DNA of 63,805 nucleotides, counting the filler, from Octopus bimaculoides (lineage: Eukaryota): NCBI RefSeq assembly GCF_001194135.2. It is 8 parts of 7 records of this genome, joined end to end, with 100 filler letters (N's around TTAATTAATTAA, not from the genome) between each part and the next. Parts side by side here need not be neighbours in the genome. Positions count along the whole stretch, not along the records: positions 46,370 to 54,143 come from NC_068996.1; positions 54,244 to 61,535 come from NC_068992.1; positions 61,636 to 63,805 come from NC_068991.1; 5 more parts are not named here. One strand, 5' to 3'. Positions 49,791 to 63,508 of this stretch are shown one piece after another. Every line of letters starts with the position of its first letter. Positions within the stretch are counted from its first letter, which is position 1. The notes under the pieces are model-generated. The model did no database searches. It was not told the DNA's origin and saw only the letters and a program-made list of their open reading frames with translations. A program made the translations under genes and the position numbers.

Positions 49791-51116
49791 GGGTCTTTAC
49801 CTTTAATAAAATTAACGCCTCAGAGCGTACTGTCTCTGGGTGTAAAAAGTGAAGGTGGCTTGCCACGCTTCGACGTTGCTACCAACATCTCGGCTACTGC
49901 AAATACAATAACATCAGGAGAATCAGCAACAAGTACAGCAGCAAAAGTGACACAACAACTATAACACAGTCTACTACAGTCATACCAAAAACAAGAAGAG
50001 CTCTTCCTACCAACAATAAAAACAGAGGAAGAAGACATCTGAAAACTCAGTACCTTTCAATCCCTCTGGCGAAGATGACACCGTCATTGATTTAGCACAT
50101 CCTTTTATTTCTTCGGGGGGGGGGGGAATGTATTACGAAGACTACAAGTGTCATTCCAATTTCATGATGGTACAAAATATATTTGAATGAGATTTGGCTA
50201 CTTTTTCTAACACATCGGACAATCATGTACTGACTTCTGCGTTGGCTTGTGGTAAATCACTGTGGTTTGTTCATGGTAGTGATATGGTAGCTAGTAGAAG
50301 ATTGTTGGATTTTTTTACTGCTTGAGACATATCTTTTGTTTATTTTTCTCATTAGTTAAAAAATTGTCGCATTGCTGATAGCAAGATCGCACCATTATAA
50401 AATTAAATTGTCCCCCTTAAAATGTTAATATAAATTATGTTCTGTTTAAGTAAACTTTGTTCTTAAAAAGACTGTACTAAAAAAAATATGTGAAAGGCTG
50501 TATGTATGTATGTACGTACGTACGTACGTATGTATGTGTATATGTTTGTGTGTGTGTCCTTGTATTTGCATTTGTCCTCCACCACAGCTTCACTGGTGTT
50601 GGTTTGTTTACGCCCCGTAGCATAGTAGTTCGGCTAAAAGAAACCGATAAAATAAGTACTAGGCTTTAAAAAGGCACTAGAGTCGATTTGTTCGGTGGTC
50701 GGTGCTCATTTACAGGTGAGTACACGAAGCTACGCACAACAACCCAAAACGCGCCTTGGTCCTGGTATCGAACCCACGTCTTTTTGATTGTGAACCTTAT
50801 ACTTCAAAAAGTTCAACACACACAAACACACACTCACACACAAACACACAAATACACACACACTCACACACAGACATGTGTGTATACATACACATTCTTT
50901 TATTCTTTTATTTATTTCAGTCATTTGACTATGGCCATGCTGGAGCAGCGCATTTAGTCGAACAAATTGACCCTAGGACTTATTCTTTGTAAGCCTAATA
51001 CTTATTCCTTATTCTATCGCGCTCTTTTGCCGAGTCACTAAGTTACGGAACGTAAACACACGAATATCGGTTGTCAAGAGACGGTGGGGAACAAACACAG
51101 GCACACAAATGCATAA

Positions 51117-51157
<41 letters not shown>

Positions 51158-51354
51158 NNNNNNNNNNNNNNNNNNNNNNNNNNNNNNNNNNNNNNNNNNN
51201 NNNNNNNNNNNNNNNNNNNNNNNNNNNNNNNNNNNNNNNNNNNNNNNNNNNNATATGTATGTATGTATGTATGTATATATATATATACGACAGGCTTCTT
51301 TTAGCTTCCGTCTACCAAATCCGCTCACAAGGCTTTGGTCGGCCCGAGGCTATA

Positions 51355-52796
51355 GGGCTTTCCTATAAGTAGGTTATCTCCCTTGGCTAGGCGGCGCTCC
51401 ATGTAGACAATTAAACTTCCGCAGACTATCTACGCTATTGTTATTGTTTTATGTCTTATCATGATACTTATCGAAATACTTACTGTGCCTGAGTTAAAGA
51501 AATATTTAAGATTATACGGTCAGTATGTTACTGGAAGAAAGGCGGACTTGACTGAAAGGTTGAAAGGGATAAAAATTATGTTGATGAAGAATGTCAACAA
51601 AGTAAATTCATCGGGCGATAAGTCTGAAGTATCGGACGATACTTCAGACAGGAATAAGCAGAAGCTTATATCTCCTCTCGGTGAAGTATTGCCTGATCAC
51701 AATCTGCTTTCATCATAGCTTTCAGCAACCATTCACTGATTTGGCCATGAGCCAAATAAAATAATATAATATAATTATTTTATTTTATTTTATAAAATAA
51801 AATAAAATAAAATAATGTAAAATAAGAGGAATGNNNNNNNNNNNNNNNNNNNNNNNNNNNNNNNNNNNNNNNNNNNNNNNNNNNNNNNNNNNNNNNNNNN
51901 NNNNNNNNNNNNNNNNNNNNNNNNNNNNNNNNNNNNNNNNNNNNNNNNNNNNNNNNNNNNNNNNNNNNNNNNNNNNNNNNNNNNNNNNNNNNNNNNNNNN
52001 NNNNNNNNNNNNNNNNNNNNNNNNNNNNNNNNNNNNNNNNNNNNNNNNNNNNNNNNNNNNNNNNNNNNNNNNNNNNNNNNNNNNNNNNNNNNNNNNNNNN
52101 NNNNNNNNNNNNNNNNNNNNNNNNNNNNNNNNNNNNNNNNNNNNNNNNNNNNNNNNNNNNNNNNNNNNNNNNNNNNNNNNNNNNNNNNNNNNNNNNNNNN
52201 NNNNNNNNNNNNNNNNNNNNNNNNNNNNNNNNNNNNNNNNNNNNNNNNNNNNNNNNNNNNNNNNNNNNNNNNNNNNNNNNNNNNNNNNNNNNNNNNNNNN
52301 NNNNNNNNNNNNNNNNNNNNNNNNNNNNNNNNNNNNNNNNNNNNNNNNNNNNNNNNNNNNNNNNNNNNNNNNNNNNNNNNNNNNNNNNNNNNNNNNNNNN
52401 NNNNNNNNNNNNNNNNNNNNNNNNNNNNNNNNNNNNNNNNNNNNNNNNNNNNNNNNNNNNNNNNNNNNNNNNNNNNNNNNNNNNNNNNNNNNNNNNNNNN
52501 NNNNNNNNNNNNNNNNNNNNNNNNNNNNNNNNNNNNNNNNNNNNNNNNNNNNNNNNNNNNNNNNNNNNNNNNNNNNNNNNNNNNNNNNNNNNNNNNNNNN
52601 NNNNNNNNNNNNNNNNNNNNNNNNNNNNNNNNNNNNNNNNNNNNNNNNNNNNNNNNNNNNNNNNNNNNNNNNNNNNNNNNNNNNGAGACATATTATGTGA
52701 GTCGTCTGCGGAAGTTAAAGCAAGTCACTGAGCATGCGTACATGTCATACGGGAGAGTTCCAATCAGGGGTGGATAACAACCTTATAGGAATCCCC
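51355..52796 (+). mobile_element. TIR DNA transposon carrying a SAP-domain ORF remnant (interior gapped)
   Basis: TIRs GGGCTTTCCTATAAG / rc GGGGATTCCTATAAG (13/15), subterminal AACTTCCGCAGAC inverted pair, TATA duplicated at 51351-4 and 52797-800. Confidence 0.85.
51461..51718 (+). pseudogene. SAP-domain ORF fragment inside the transposon
   Basis: LTVPELKKYLRLYGQYVTGRKADLTERL (from 51479) fits the SAP helix-extended-helix consensus; ends LPDHNLLSS*, a possible TGG>TAG premature stop. Confidence 0.7.
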
Positions 52797-53684
52797 TATA
52801 GTAGAAGACACTTGCTCAAGGTACCACGCAGTGGGACTGAGGCCTGAACTATGTGGTTGGTAAGGAAGTTACTTATCACACAGTCATATATAAACAAATA
52901 GACAAATATATGCATATATACATACACACATATATGCATGCATACATATATACATGCATACATACGTGCATACATACATAGATACATACATACATACATG
53001 CATGCATGCATACATACATACATACACATATATATATACATATCAGTAACAACTCTGTGTTGGGGTACAGGGGTATCTACAGAGCCAAGACCGAACATGA
53101 CCAACGGACGGGCAAGCTTTATTCTAGAAACAGCAAGAAAACGTCTTGTAACATTATTCGACTGACAAAACAGAAAAAAAAAAGAGAAAGCGATAGAGAG
53201 AAAGGGTGTGGTTAATGTATGTGTGTGTATGTGTGTGTGTTTGTGTGTGTGTGTGTGTTTAAAAAGAGTGAGAGAGAGAGATAGAGAGAGAGAGAATAAA
53301 ATTAGTTCAAGTGTACTTTATTTTATAGCCCTTCTCTTCTTACAATGTAATGTACGAATTTGTGTATTCTTTTTGACCTTGCTGTCAAAATAAAAAGGCG
53401 AAAGAAGAAAGGAAAGATTTGACTTTATTAACCTGCTACCGTATCAGCAACAACAAAAAAAAGAAAGAAATATATATATAAATATATAAAATAATATAAA
53501 ATACAAATAAACATATAACCGATACCTGTTTAAACGAGTTCCTTTTCAATTTCACCTTTTCATTTATTCTTTTCTTTCATTTTCTTTATTCTGTCTCTCT
53601 CCCATATTTTACAGTTTTGCTTTGCTTCCCTTTCTCTATGTCACTCATTTTTCTTCCCCTTTTATTCGTTCATTTATTATTATT

Positions 53685-53720
<36 letters not shown>

Positions 53721-54093
53721 GTCGTCGTCGTCGTCGTCGTCATTGCTATTTTGTCATTTTCGTTTTTTCAAACTTGTCTGTGTGTGTGTGTGTGTTTTTT
53801 TTTGATTTTTTGTTTTTTGGTTGGGTTCTGTTTTTTGTAATTTCTTCGTCCTTCCATTATTACAGAAGAAAAACAATAAATCTTTAAAATAAAATTAAAA
53901 AAAAAGAAGGAAACATTAAAAAAATTATTTATAGACGCTTTGCACATAAATGCAACAATATTCAAACCGACCCTTCACCTGTCCGGAAAAGGACCCCCAG
54001 ACAGTGACAGTAAATAGGATTAACTAACAGGGGTTAGGGATATAAAGTTAAAAGGACAGGAGAAAACATACTTGGACTTTCAATCTTCTTACC

Positions 54094-54143
<50 letters not shown>

Positions 54144-54243
54144 NNNNNNNNNNNNNNNNNNNNNNNNNNNNNNNNNNNNNNNNNNNNTTAATTAATTAAN
54201 NNNNNNNNNNNNNNNNNNNNNNNNNNNNNNNNNNNNNNNNNNN
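54144..54243. other. Artificial scaffold-joining spacer
   Basis: 44 N + TTAATTAATTAA + 44 N. Confidence 0.93.
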
Positions 54244-54296
54244 TAAACTTGCTATAGTTTCGTTAATCTTATGTTAGTAATCTTATAAGTGTGGGA

Positions 54297-54583
54297 CTAC
54301 TCTTTACTCTTTTACTTGTTTCAGTCATTTGACTGTGGCCATGCTGGAGCACCGCCTTTAGTCGAGCAAATCGACCCCACGACTTATTCTTTGTAAGCCT
54401 GATGCCGAACCGCTAAGTTACGGGGACGTAAACACACCACCATCGGTTGTCAAGCGATGTTGGGGGGACAAGCACAGACACAAACATACACACACACACA
54501 CATATATATATACATATATATATATATACATATATATACGACGGGCTTCTTCCAGTTTCCGTCTACCAAATCCACTCACAAGG
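54297..54583 (-). mobile_element. SINE family A, 5'-truncated with internal deletion
   Basis: Homologous to 23097-23520. Confidence 0.88.
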
Positions 54584-56760
54584 ATACGCAGGGAACCATT
54601 GATAGTCACATTGAAACCGACGACGTTATGGTTCACTGAATACTATACAAAATATGATAAATAAAATTAATAGCACGTCAAAATTCTCCAGCCGTTTCGT
54701 TGTCAATCAAATATACAGAACAACAAAAATAATGTAAAGCGAAAAAATAAGAGTCCAATGTTAAGTTTTACACTTGTGATTTATTGTCAGGAAATTCTTA
54801 CTCTTAAATTGTATTTCATCTCAATGATTCTATAAATTCAAAATATGGTCTTTGATTAAAACGCCCTTATAATAGTAAATAAAGTGATTCCCGTCTTTTT
54901 ACACGAAAAGAAAAATTACACTTCTGAAGTACTTTACGTCAAATTCATTCATTCCGATATGATTTTTTGATGGATTCATTTTGAATTGGTATCAAAATCA
55001 TATTTTTTCAACGTGTCAGCGAATCTAGCTATATTTCATCCCCAGAAGACTAAGTGGGGAAATGAATATTTTATAGAATATGTCTTATTTAATATTAGAT
55101 ATAAAAAAGAAAGAGGTATTAGTTTACCACAGAGATGTTCGTTGATATGAATTATTGTTTTATTCCATATTAGCAATATTTTCGCAACTGAGCCTCATCG
55201 CAAAAGATTGACACAAGGATTAAATATATTTATTAAAAACGTATAACTTTGTAATTTCAACCACTTCTACATTAGTAACCAAATAGAGCAGATCAGAGGA
55301 AAATCTCACAATTTTTCGACTGAATAACTTGTTATAGAGGACGAAATTTGTAATAACTAATTAAATTACCAATATATGCGACAGCCATGAAAGAACACTG
55401 TTAATTCAGAGTGTCTCGGTAAGTTAGACATCTACTCCTCGAAGTTGGTTAGTCTCACGTTACCTTCACTAAGGCACTCCCTACTAATTCATATCTCCTC
55501 TTCTCGTGACCCAATGGTCTTCTCCGCTCAGATCCCACACAGACCACTTACCTAGTCCTTTCCCACCTACGTGTGTCGCATCCCACTGAAATTTCCTTTC
55601 TACGCATTTCTTTTTCTACAGCCATTGGCTTGTAAATGTTCATGGTGAACGTTCAACACGCCGATATCACGATCTGGGAGACCTCCAAAACTTACGAGAA
55701 CAACCTCTTCCATCCCGATCAATGAGCAAAACACGAAAAAGCGAAAAACAAAGGCAATACCTACTTAGCCAGTACTTACTTAGACAATCCAACTTAGACA
55801 GACCCCACTTAACTAAATAAATTTCTATTTTCCTGCATTCGAGTATGTTTTTGCTTGTCTCGCAGTAAAGCCTGGCCTAATTTCTTCAACTTTGGTATTT
55901 GTCAAAATAACTAGAAATAACATGTAATCAATAGAAAACAAGCAAATGCCAAACATCTTTTAGTATCAGAGAGAAAACACCACATGCACACACACTCACA
56001 CACACACTCATACACACACACACTCACACTCGCACAAACACACACATGTATATGAATACATACATGCACTCAAGCATATACACATACATATACACGTACA
56101 CACATACACCAAACATACGCACGCACACACGCATACACACGCACAAACACACACACACATATAGTGTATATGTACTTATGCGTGTGTATCATGTATACAA
56201 ACTCTCAAACTATATAATGATATTCTAACAGCCACCATTCCAGTAAATAACGGCGGTCATTTTGAATATTTTTTTCAAGAAATATTTTGATTTAAATTGG
56301 TTGCGGTGGCGGTGGCGGCGCGGTGGCGGCGCGGTGGCGGCGGGATTGATGGTAGTGGTGGTTGTTAACAGAATTGGCGGCGACGGCGGCGAGTATGGTA
56401 GTGATGGTGGTGGCTGTGGTGATGGTGAAAGAATTAATTAATTAATGTCTAATGACATTGAGTTAATGGATAAATAATAATATAATGAATAGATATTTGA
56501 ATTTTAAAAAAAATAGTAAAAGATGAAGTCGATCGATCAGGAAGTATTGATCGTTTTCTAATTAATCACATCAAAGCTAATACAAAATAAAGTAATTAAT
56601 CACCTTCAAATAACTCCTTAACTTCAGAACGACACGGATAATTTATGAGTGATTTAGTTGTTATTTCTAGTAGATCGGATGACCGCATATAGGCTCACAC
56701 TTTGATTCGCTTATAGTCTAATTTTTGTTTCTGTTTAGCTCCAGCTTATCTCTGATCGTT

Positions 56761-57130
56761 GGAGGCGCAATGACCCAGTGGTTAGGGCAGCGGACTCGCG
56801 GTCATAGAATCGCGGTTTCGATTCCCAGACCGGGCGTTGTGAGTGTTTATTGAGCGAAAACACCTAAAGCTCTACGAAGCTCCGGCAGGGGATGGTGGTG
56901 AACCCTGCTGTACTCTTACTTCCTGTTTCTGTTGTACCTGTAATTCAAAGGGTCAGCCTTGTCACACTGTGTCACGCTGAATATCCCCGAGAACTACGTT
57001 AAGGGTACACGTGTCTGTGGTGTGCTCAGCCACTTGCACGTTAATTTCACGAGCGGGCAGTTCCGTTGATCGGATCAACTGGAACCCTCGACGTCGTAAG
57101 CGACGGAGTACCGTCAGCAACAACAACAAG
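56761..57130 (+). mobile_element. tRNA-derived SINE family C, near full length
   Basis: A box TGACCCAGTGG, B box GGTTTCGATTCC, (CAA)n tail. Confidence 0.9.
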
Positions 57131-57199
57131 CTCTGATCGAGAAGACGTTCCATTCACGAGTATTCTGTTTATTTTTGCAGATAATAAAGATTCAAGGAT

Positions 57200-57510
57200 C
57201 ACATTATTCAATATCCAGTACTTATTCTGTCGGTCTCTTTTTGCTAAGTTACGGGGACGTAAGCAAACCAGCATCGTTTTTTAGACGGTTGTGGTGCGCA
57301 AAGACACACACACACACACACACACACACATTTATGCAAAAGACTTCCGCTCAGTTTCTGTCAACGAAATTCACTCACAAGGTTTTGTCGACCCGAGGGC
57401 TATTGTAGAAGACACTTGTTCAAGGTACTAAGCTTGACACTGAACCAAAAACCACATGGTTGCAAAGCGAGCTTCGTAACCACTTAGCCATACATCATGG
57501 CGCCTGTATC
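57200..57510 (-). mobile_element. SINE family A, degenerate
   Basis: GCTAAGTTACGGGGACGTAA...GAGGGCTATTGTAGAAGACACTTG. Confidence 0.75.
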
Positions 57511-58625
57511 AAATATCAACAAGGCATCAAACGCCAAAGGGAGAACCTCTATGCCGCCGCCTTACTAGAAATAGCTATCAAATATTTAATACGTATCTGG
57601 GTAGCCAAATTTTCCTGTGAAAAACTAATCTATACAATTCTTGTAAATGTTTAAGATTTACAGCTTAGATATTTCGAAATTTGTGCCTCTAACAGTCGGA
57701 TACACCACGCCAGAATGGGCCCTTGACTCATCCTACTTGTAAGAGGAAGTGTAAGAGAATGAATTGAATGTAGGAGCTAACAGAATAACGGAATGAGAGA
57801 GAAAATGAATGCAAGCCAAGAGCGAGAGAGAGAAAGAGGGGGAGAAAAAGCATGCGCGCGAATGTACGTGTGTATATGTGTGTATGTGTTTGTGCCTGTA
57901 CGCGCATTTGTCGGTAGAAACTGTGTGTTACTAATACGTTAGATACTCGACTCCTACACAAACTTGGAAATCAAATATTGCTGTTGAGTATATTATGTGT
58001 AATATCATGTGTACTATCATCGGCTTTCTTCAGTCTAAATAGAAAACAGAAAACTACCGTAATGTTTGATGTGTAAAGCTCTGTACTATAAAAAGAAGAA
58101 AAAGAGCATGAAACCAAACCAAGCCAAACAAAAGATCTTTAAAGAGGGCGGTAACAGAACAAACAATGGAATGTAGTGGATGAAAGTCACAACAACACGT
58201 GACCGACATTATCTACCGCCCTCAGTGTTTTTTTTTATATTCCAATAAACTATCATATTTCTTCCGTTGGTTCATCTCAATGAAAATAAGCGACAGTTTA
58301 TTAAGAAGACCTGAAATGCCTAACGATAAAATCTTCGTCAGGTTCTTCATCATTTATCCATTCTGAGGACATGCGCTTGTGTGTATATGTATTTCTATGC
58401 ATATAAATATGTATGAGGTTATTTTCATTATAAGTAAAAAATACATAAACTTTCGAAATACAATCGGCACCAATATATAACTGGTACTACTCTGAAGTAA
58501 ACCAGGGATACAAAAAGAGAATGAAACAAACAGATAATAATCCTTTCCTTCTGTCCTCATATTTGAATGTTGAAGACGATACTGAGTTCCCATGTATTAG
58601 CATAACGCTCGGGAATTGAAAAAGT

Positions 58626-58661
58626 CTTTAACGTTTCGAGCCTACGCTCTTTCACAGAAAG
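58626..58661 (-). ncRNA. Degenerate minimal hammerhead-like motif (Penelope-type)
   Basis: CUUU CUGUGAAA GAGC-GUAG-GCUC GAAA CGU U AAAG: stems and GAAACGU intact, core deviates from CUGANGA. Confidence 0.45.
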
Positions 58662-58755
58662 GAACACAGAAAGAAACAAGGAGAGAAAAAAATGTGTGTA
58701 GTAGTCACCGATCTATGGTACATATATATGTATATATATATAGACTTAGAAATAT

Positions 58756-58799
<44 letters not shown>

Positions 58800-58947
58800 N
58801 NNNNNNNNNNNNNNNNNNNNNNNNNNNNNNNNNNNNNNNNNNNNNNNNNNNNNNNNNNNNNNNNNNNNNNNNNNNNNNNNNNNNNNNNNNNNNNNNNNNN
58901 NNNNNNNNNNNNNNNNNNNNNNNNNNNNNNNNNNNNNNNNNNNNNNN

Positions 58948-58991
<44 letters not shown>

Positions 58992-60216
58992 GTATGTGTT
59001 CGTATGTATGTGTATATTATTTTTTCCACTTATGGCCATGCTGGAACGCCGCCTAGAGGAACTTTAGTCGATCCCAGTACTTATTTTCTTTTTAAGCCTG
59101 AGCCTTGTTCAACTGATATCAAAGGTCAGAAGAACAAGAGTTATGATGTCCAAACCTTTCGAATGTCTGGAGTGAAATGAAGTATTTTCTACAACTTAAA
59201 TACGAAAAGGGCTTGCGATCTCAATTTATTTACGTAATTTAGCATATTCTTTTGCTATCTACTGATGGTTCAAAGAGAGAAAAATAACAAGTATTAGGAA
59301 ATATGTAAATCATCAAAGAATATATTATCAGATGTTCGAAAAAAAAAGGGGTGGGGGAAACAATCAAGTTTAACGGATTAGTCACTTATATAAGCATCAA
59401 ACGTACACAAAGATAAACACACGTGCACTATCAGTCACAGTTCATGCACGCAAACTCATATATACATACACTTACACAATTATTACAGGCATGAGATTCA
59501 AATTCGGTGAAGATAGGAGACGTATGTTGCAAGTTCAGTAGGTGTAAGCTGCATGTGTTTAGAACCTCTTCATTATTCGGTTTATACTCCTGCCTGAAGT
59601 AATTTCATTTCCTTTTGTATTCTTAAAAAACACTTAAGATAATCATAAAGATCTTACAGACTCATCCTAATACTACCCTATAAAGCTATGACCCCGTGAG
59701 CTTGTAAGCAATCAGTATTTCAATTGCCGAACACCATGGAGTTAAGGATTGTCAGTGAACCGACTCTACTACGTCTATGTAAGAATATAGAGTTAAAGGA
59801 AATCAAAGGATAAAACCAACCATATCTAATGAGAATCGTGGTATTTCTGGCACAAAACTAGGTTTGGCTGTTGTAGTTACTGCAGGAGACTTCAAGAACT
59901 CCGTATATATATGTATATATATATATAACATAAATGACAGTGATAAAGACATTTCAAGATAAATGTCCTGCTGCTAAAGAATATGCGAGATATATTGGTA
60001 CGTCTATTAACGTGCGGTCTACCTTAGTCTACCGCAGTATTTCTGGCTTCTGCTACCGTAATGCATGGTCTACCAAGACCACATTTCACCTCATTATTTG
60101 TTTTATGTTATTTCCATTACGCTAACTTCTTGTTAATTTTGTTCTTTCTAATGCCAACATCTTTACAACCATCATCATCATCATCATAGCCGTCGAATTC
60201 TTTTCTCTTTTTTCAT

Positions 60217-60375
60217 CAGGAGTGGCTGTGTGGTAAGAAGCTCGCTTCCCAACCACATAATTTTGGGTTCAGTTCCACTGCGTAGCACTTTGAACAAGTA
60301 TCTTCTACTATAGCCTCTGGCCGTCCAAGCCTTGAGAGTGGATTTGGTAGACGGAATTTGAAAGAAGTCCATCGT
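60217..60375 (+). mobile_element. SINE family A, 5' half
   Basis: CAGGAGTGGCTGTGTGGTAAGAAG...GGATTTGGTAGACGG. Confidence 0.85.
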
Positions 60376-60499
60376 GTCTTCGAAACGTCTAGTTAGAATA
60401 GAGGCAGCTGCCAAATATTAATAAAAATATGTATATACCCGTGTTTTGAATTCTATTTTACTTTACTTGTTTGCATCGCGAAACCTATATCTATCTATC

Positions 60500-60729
60500 T
60501 TATTTCTTTATTGCCCACAAGGGGCTAAACATAGAGGGGACAGACAAGGACAGACAAAAGGATTAAGTCGATTACATCGACCCCAGTGCGTAACTGGTAC
60601 TTAATTTATCGACCCCGAAAGGATGAAAAGCAAAGTCGACCTCGGCGGAATTTGAACTCAGAACGTAGCGGCAGATGAAATACCGCTAAGCATTTCGCCC
60701 GGCTTGCTAACGTTTCTGCCAGCTCGCCG
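60500..60729 (-). mobile_element. SINE family B, full length
   Basis: Reverse complement of 24960-25190 and 29295-29473. Confidence 0.9.
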
Positions 60730-60730
<1 letters not shown>

Positions 60731-60776
<46 letters not shown>

Positions 60777-60777
60777 C

Positions 60778-60858
<81 letters not shown>
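60731..60858. repeat. (TATC)n-(TGTC)n microsatellite
   Basis: Direct reading. Confidence 0.95.
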
Positions 60859-60859
<1 letters not shown>

Positions 60860-61535
60860 TATATGGCGAAGAACAAAAAATTACAGAAAAAGAAAACGAC
60901 AAAAACAGGGGTTGATTTTACAATCCGTGTTACTAGTCTGACGCTCAGGAATGGAAGCAACTAATAGCTATAGACATGTATCTTTAACCGCAGATATTTG
61001 GAATCTGGAGGTGAGATTCTTGTAGCTAATATATGGGAAATGTCACGTGTCGTGTACAATTTTTATTATTATTTTTATTCTTTCTCTGTCAGTTAATGTT
61101 GGTACCATAAGCAGAAACAGCTTTGTCAAAACAAAAGATCACCACGATAAAACGGGCAAGAACCGAAAATACATAGCTTCTCTTCAATCATACATCATTG
61201 GCACCGAGAGCAAGAGAAAAAAATAACACGGAAACAAAACAAAAAACAAAACAATGGCTATCTCTTTTTTTCTTTATACAAGAGCAAAACTAAAGTTTGC
61301 TACAAGAACAGGGTTAAAGGATAAATGGCAAAAGAATGGCGGTGGTGGTGGCAGCGGCGGCGGGGGGAGGAGGAGGGGGAAGGAGGAGTGGTTAACCAGG
61401 AGCACAAAGAAGTTAGATCGCGTTCAGGATGTATCGCAAAATAGCAAGCTCAATCAATAAATAAATTTGGCACAGTTGCTGAGGGTGAAAAAAAAAAATA
61501 GTCCCAGAGCGAATTGAACTCCTGTCAGTGTTCAC

Positions 61536-61635
61536 NNNNNNNNNNNNNNNNNNNNNNNNNNNNNNNNNNNNNNNNNNNNTTAATTAATTAANNNNNNNNN
61601 NNNNNNNNNNNNNNNNNNNNNNNNNNNNNNNNNNN
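61536..61635. other. Artificial scaffold-joining spacer
   Basis: 44 N + TTAATTAATTAA + 44 N. Confidence 0.93.
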
Positions 61636-61684
<49 letters not shown>

Positions 61685-62086
61685 TGCCACCAGGCTGTGT
61701 GCATGGTTCACTTCCCAGTTTCACCATTGACATTGCGTCTTGTCTCTAGTTTCGATTATAACTGTTATCCACGAATCATGTCAGTTATAGTTGCTGTTGT
61801 TGATGTCACTGTAACAATGTGTATACGTGGCTGTGTGTGCGTGTCCGTGTGTGTGTGTGTGTTTGTGTGTGTGAGTATGCGCTTGTGATTGATTGCTTTA
61901 AGTGATATGGATGACACGTCGCGATTTGGATGAATAATATACATGAACGTATGTATATAAATCTGAAATTTGTATGTAGAATATAGGGTAACTATTATAG
62001 ACATGCTCTCTCTTCTTCTGTGACATTTTCCCTCTTTTAAAACCCCACTCTTTCCATATACGTGTGTGTGTGTGTGTGTGTGCTCG

Positions 62087-62128
<42 letters not shown>

Positions 62129-62473
62129 NNNNNNNNNNNNNNNNNNNNNNNNNNNNNNNNNNNNNNNNNNNNNNNNNNNNNNNNNNNNNNNNNNNNNNNN
62201 NNNNNNNNNNNNNNNNNNNNNNNNNNNNNNNNNNNNNNNNNNNNNNNNNNNNNNNNNNNNNNNNNNNNNNNNNNNNNNNNNNNNNNNNNNNNNNNNNNNN
62301 NNNNNNNNNNNNNNNNNNNNNNNNNNNNNNNNNNNNNNNNNNNNNNNNNNNNNNNNNNNNNNNNNNNNNNNNNNNNNNNNNNNNNNNNNNNNNNNNNNNN
62401 NNNNNNNNNNNNNNNNNNNNNNNNNNNNNNNNNNNNNNNNNNNNNNNNNNNNNNNNNNNNNNNNNNNNNNNNN

Positions 62474-62524
<51 letters not shown>

Positions 62525-62673
62525 TATATCCACGAACACGCACATACATACATACACGAAAACGCAGAGTTGGCTCTAAATTCTATAGGAAATCTGTAGA
62601 TAAACCTTGAATGTGTGTGTGTGTGTGTAGATAAATACATACATACATACATACATGCATACATAAGCTAGTA

Positions 62674-62711
<38 letters not shown>

Positions 62712-63264
62712 GGATGGATGGATGGATGGATGGATGGATGGATATGTGTACACCTCATCGAAATTACATCCAGGTTTATATCTTTGTTAATACAATCTAA
62801 TCTATGATATTAATGTATTATCAATACAGGATTATTATTGTTGTTGCTTTTGTTGTTGTCTGTTTACGCATTGCTTGACTTTACCCCTTGTTTAACACCC
62901 AATCAACCCTCGATGCTAATCAGTTCCTTGATCAAGGACATTTCCATACCGCCCGTGCTCTCCAGTGTGTTGCACCAAATTTAAACCAGCCGAATAACAA
63001 TGAGAGAAGACTTTACTGCTCTCTCTCTCTCTCTTACAGGCTACGATGAAATTCTAGCACGATAGTATTTACGGTCGCAGGTTCAATTCCAAAATCTTTT
63101 GTTAGATACAATATATTGGAAGTAGAATTTGGGTAGCAGTAATGGCGTACATGGCAACCACATACACACACACACACACACACACACTGAAAATAATGAT
63201 GGACATATATATGTGTATGTGTGTGTGTGTATGAATATATATGGTATATATAAATATATGCATA

Positions 63265-63307
<43 letters not shown>

Positions 63308-63508
63308 GTATTATGTATATATATTTATATATATATATATATATATACGTATATATATATATATACACATAAGTGCGTACATGTATATGTATACATAAGC
63401 ACATATATGCATGTATGAATGCGTATACATATGTACATGTACATACACACATGTATACACAGGCATACATATACATAGTCATATACAAGCAAAAAATATA
63501 TATATATA

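Larger units (their letters stand above)
50905..52890 (-). mobile_element. SINE family A interrupted by a DNA transposon
   Basis: 3' half 50905-51110, middle 51289-51354, head 52797-52890; the join restores GAGGCTATAGTAGAAGACACTTG. Confidence 0.85.

Noticed and set aside
49716-50130. Thr/Ser-rich open frames
   Set aside because: Low complexity, overlaps a SINE end and has no family signature
55590-55820. Possible plus-strand exon after TTTCTTTTTCTACAG (66-codon open frame)
   Set aside because: No recognisable domain or donor site; acceptor-like strings are common in this composition
58270-58345. CUGACGA on the minus strand
   Set aside because: No GAAA-stem III or stem I downstream
61490-61535. 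3' half of a tRNA-like sequence with poly-T on minus
   Set aside because: Truncated at the scaffold edge and the T stem is mismatched; identity cannot be assigned
1037-62758. Long ORFs made of X, or YI/CV/HT/LSIY runs
   Set aside because: Artefacts of N gaps and microsatellites
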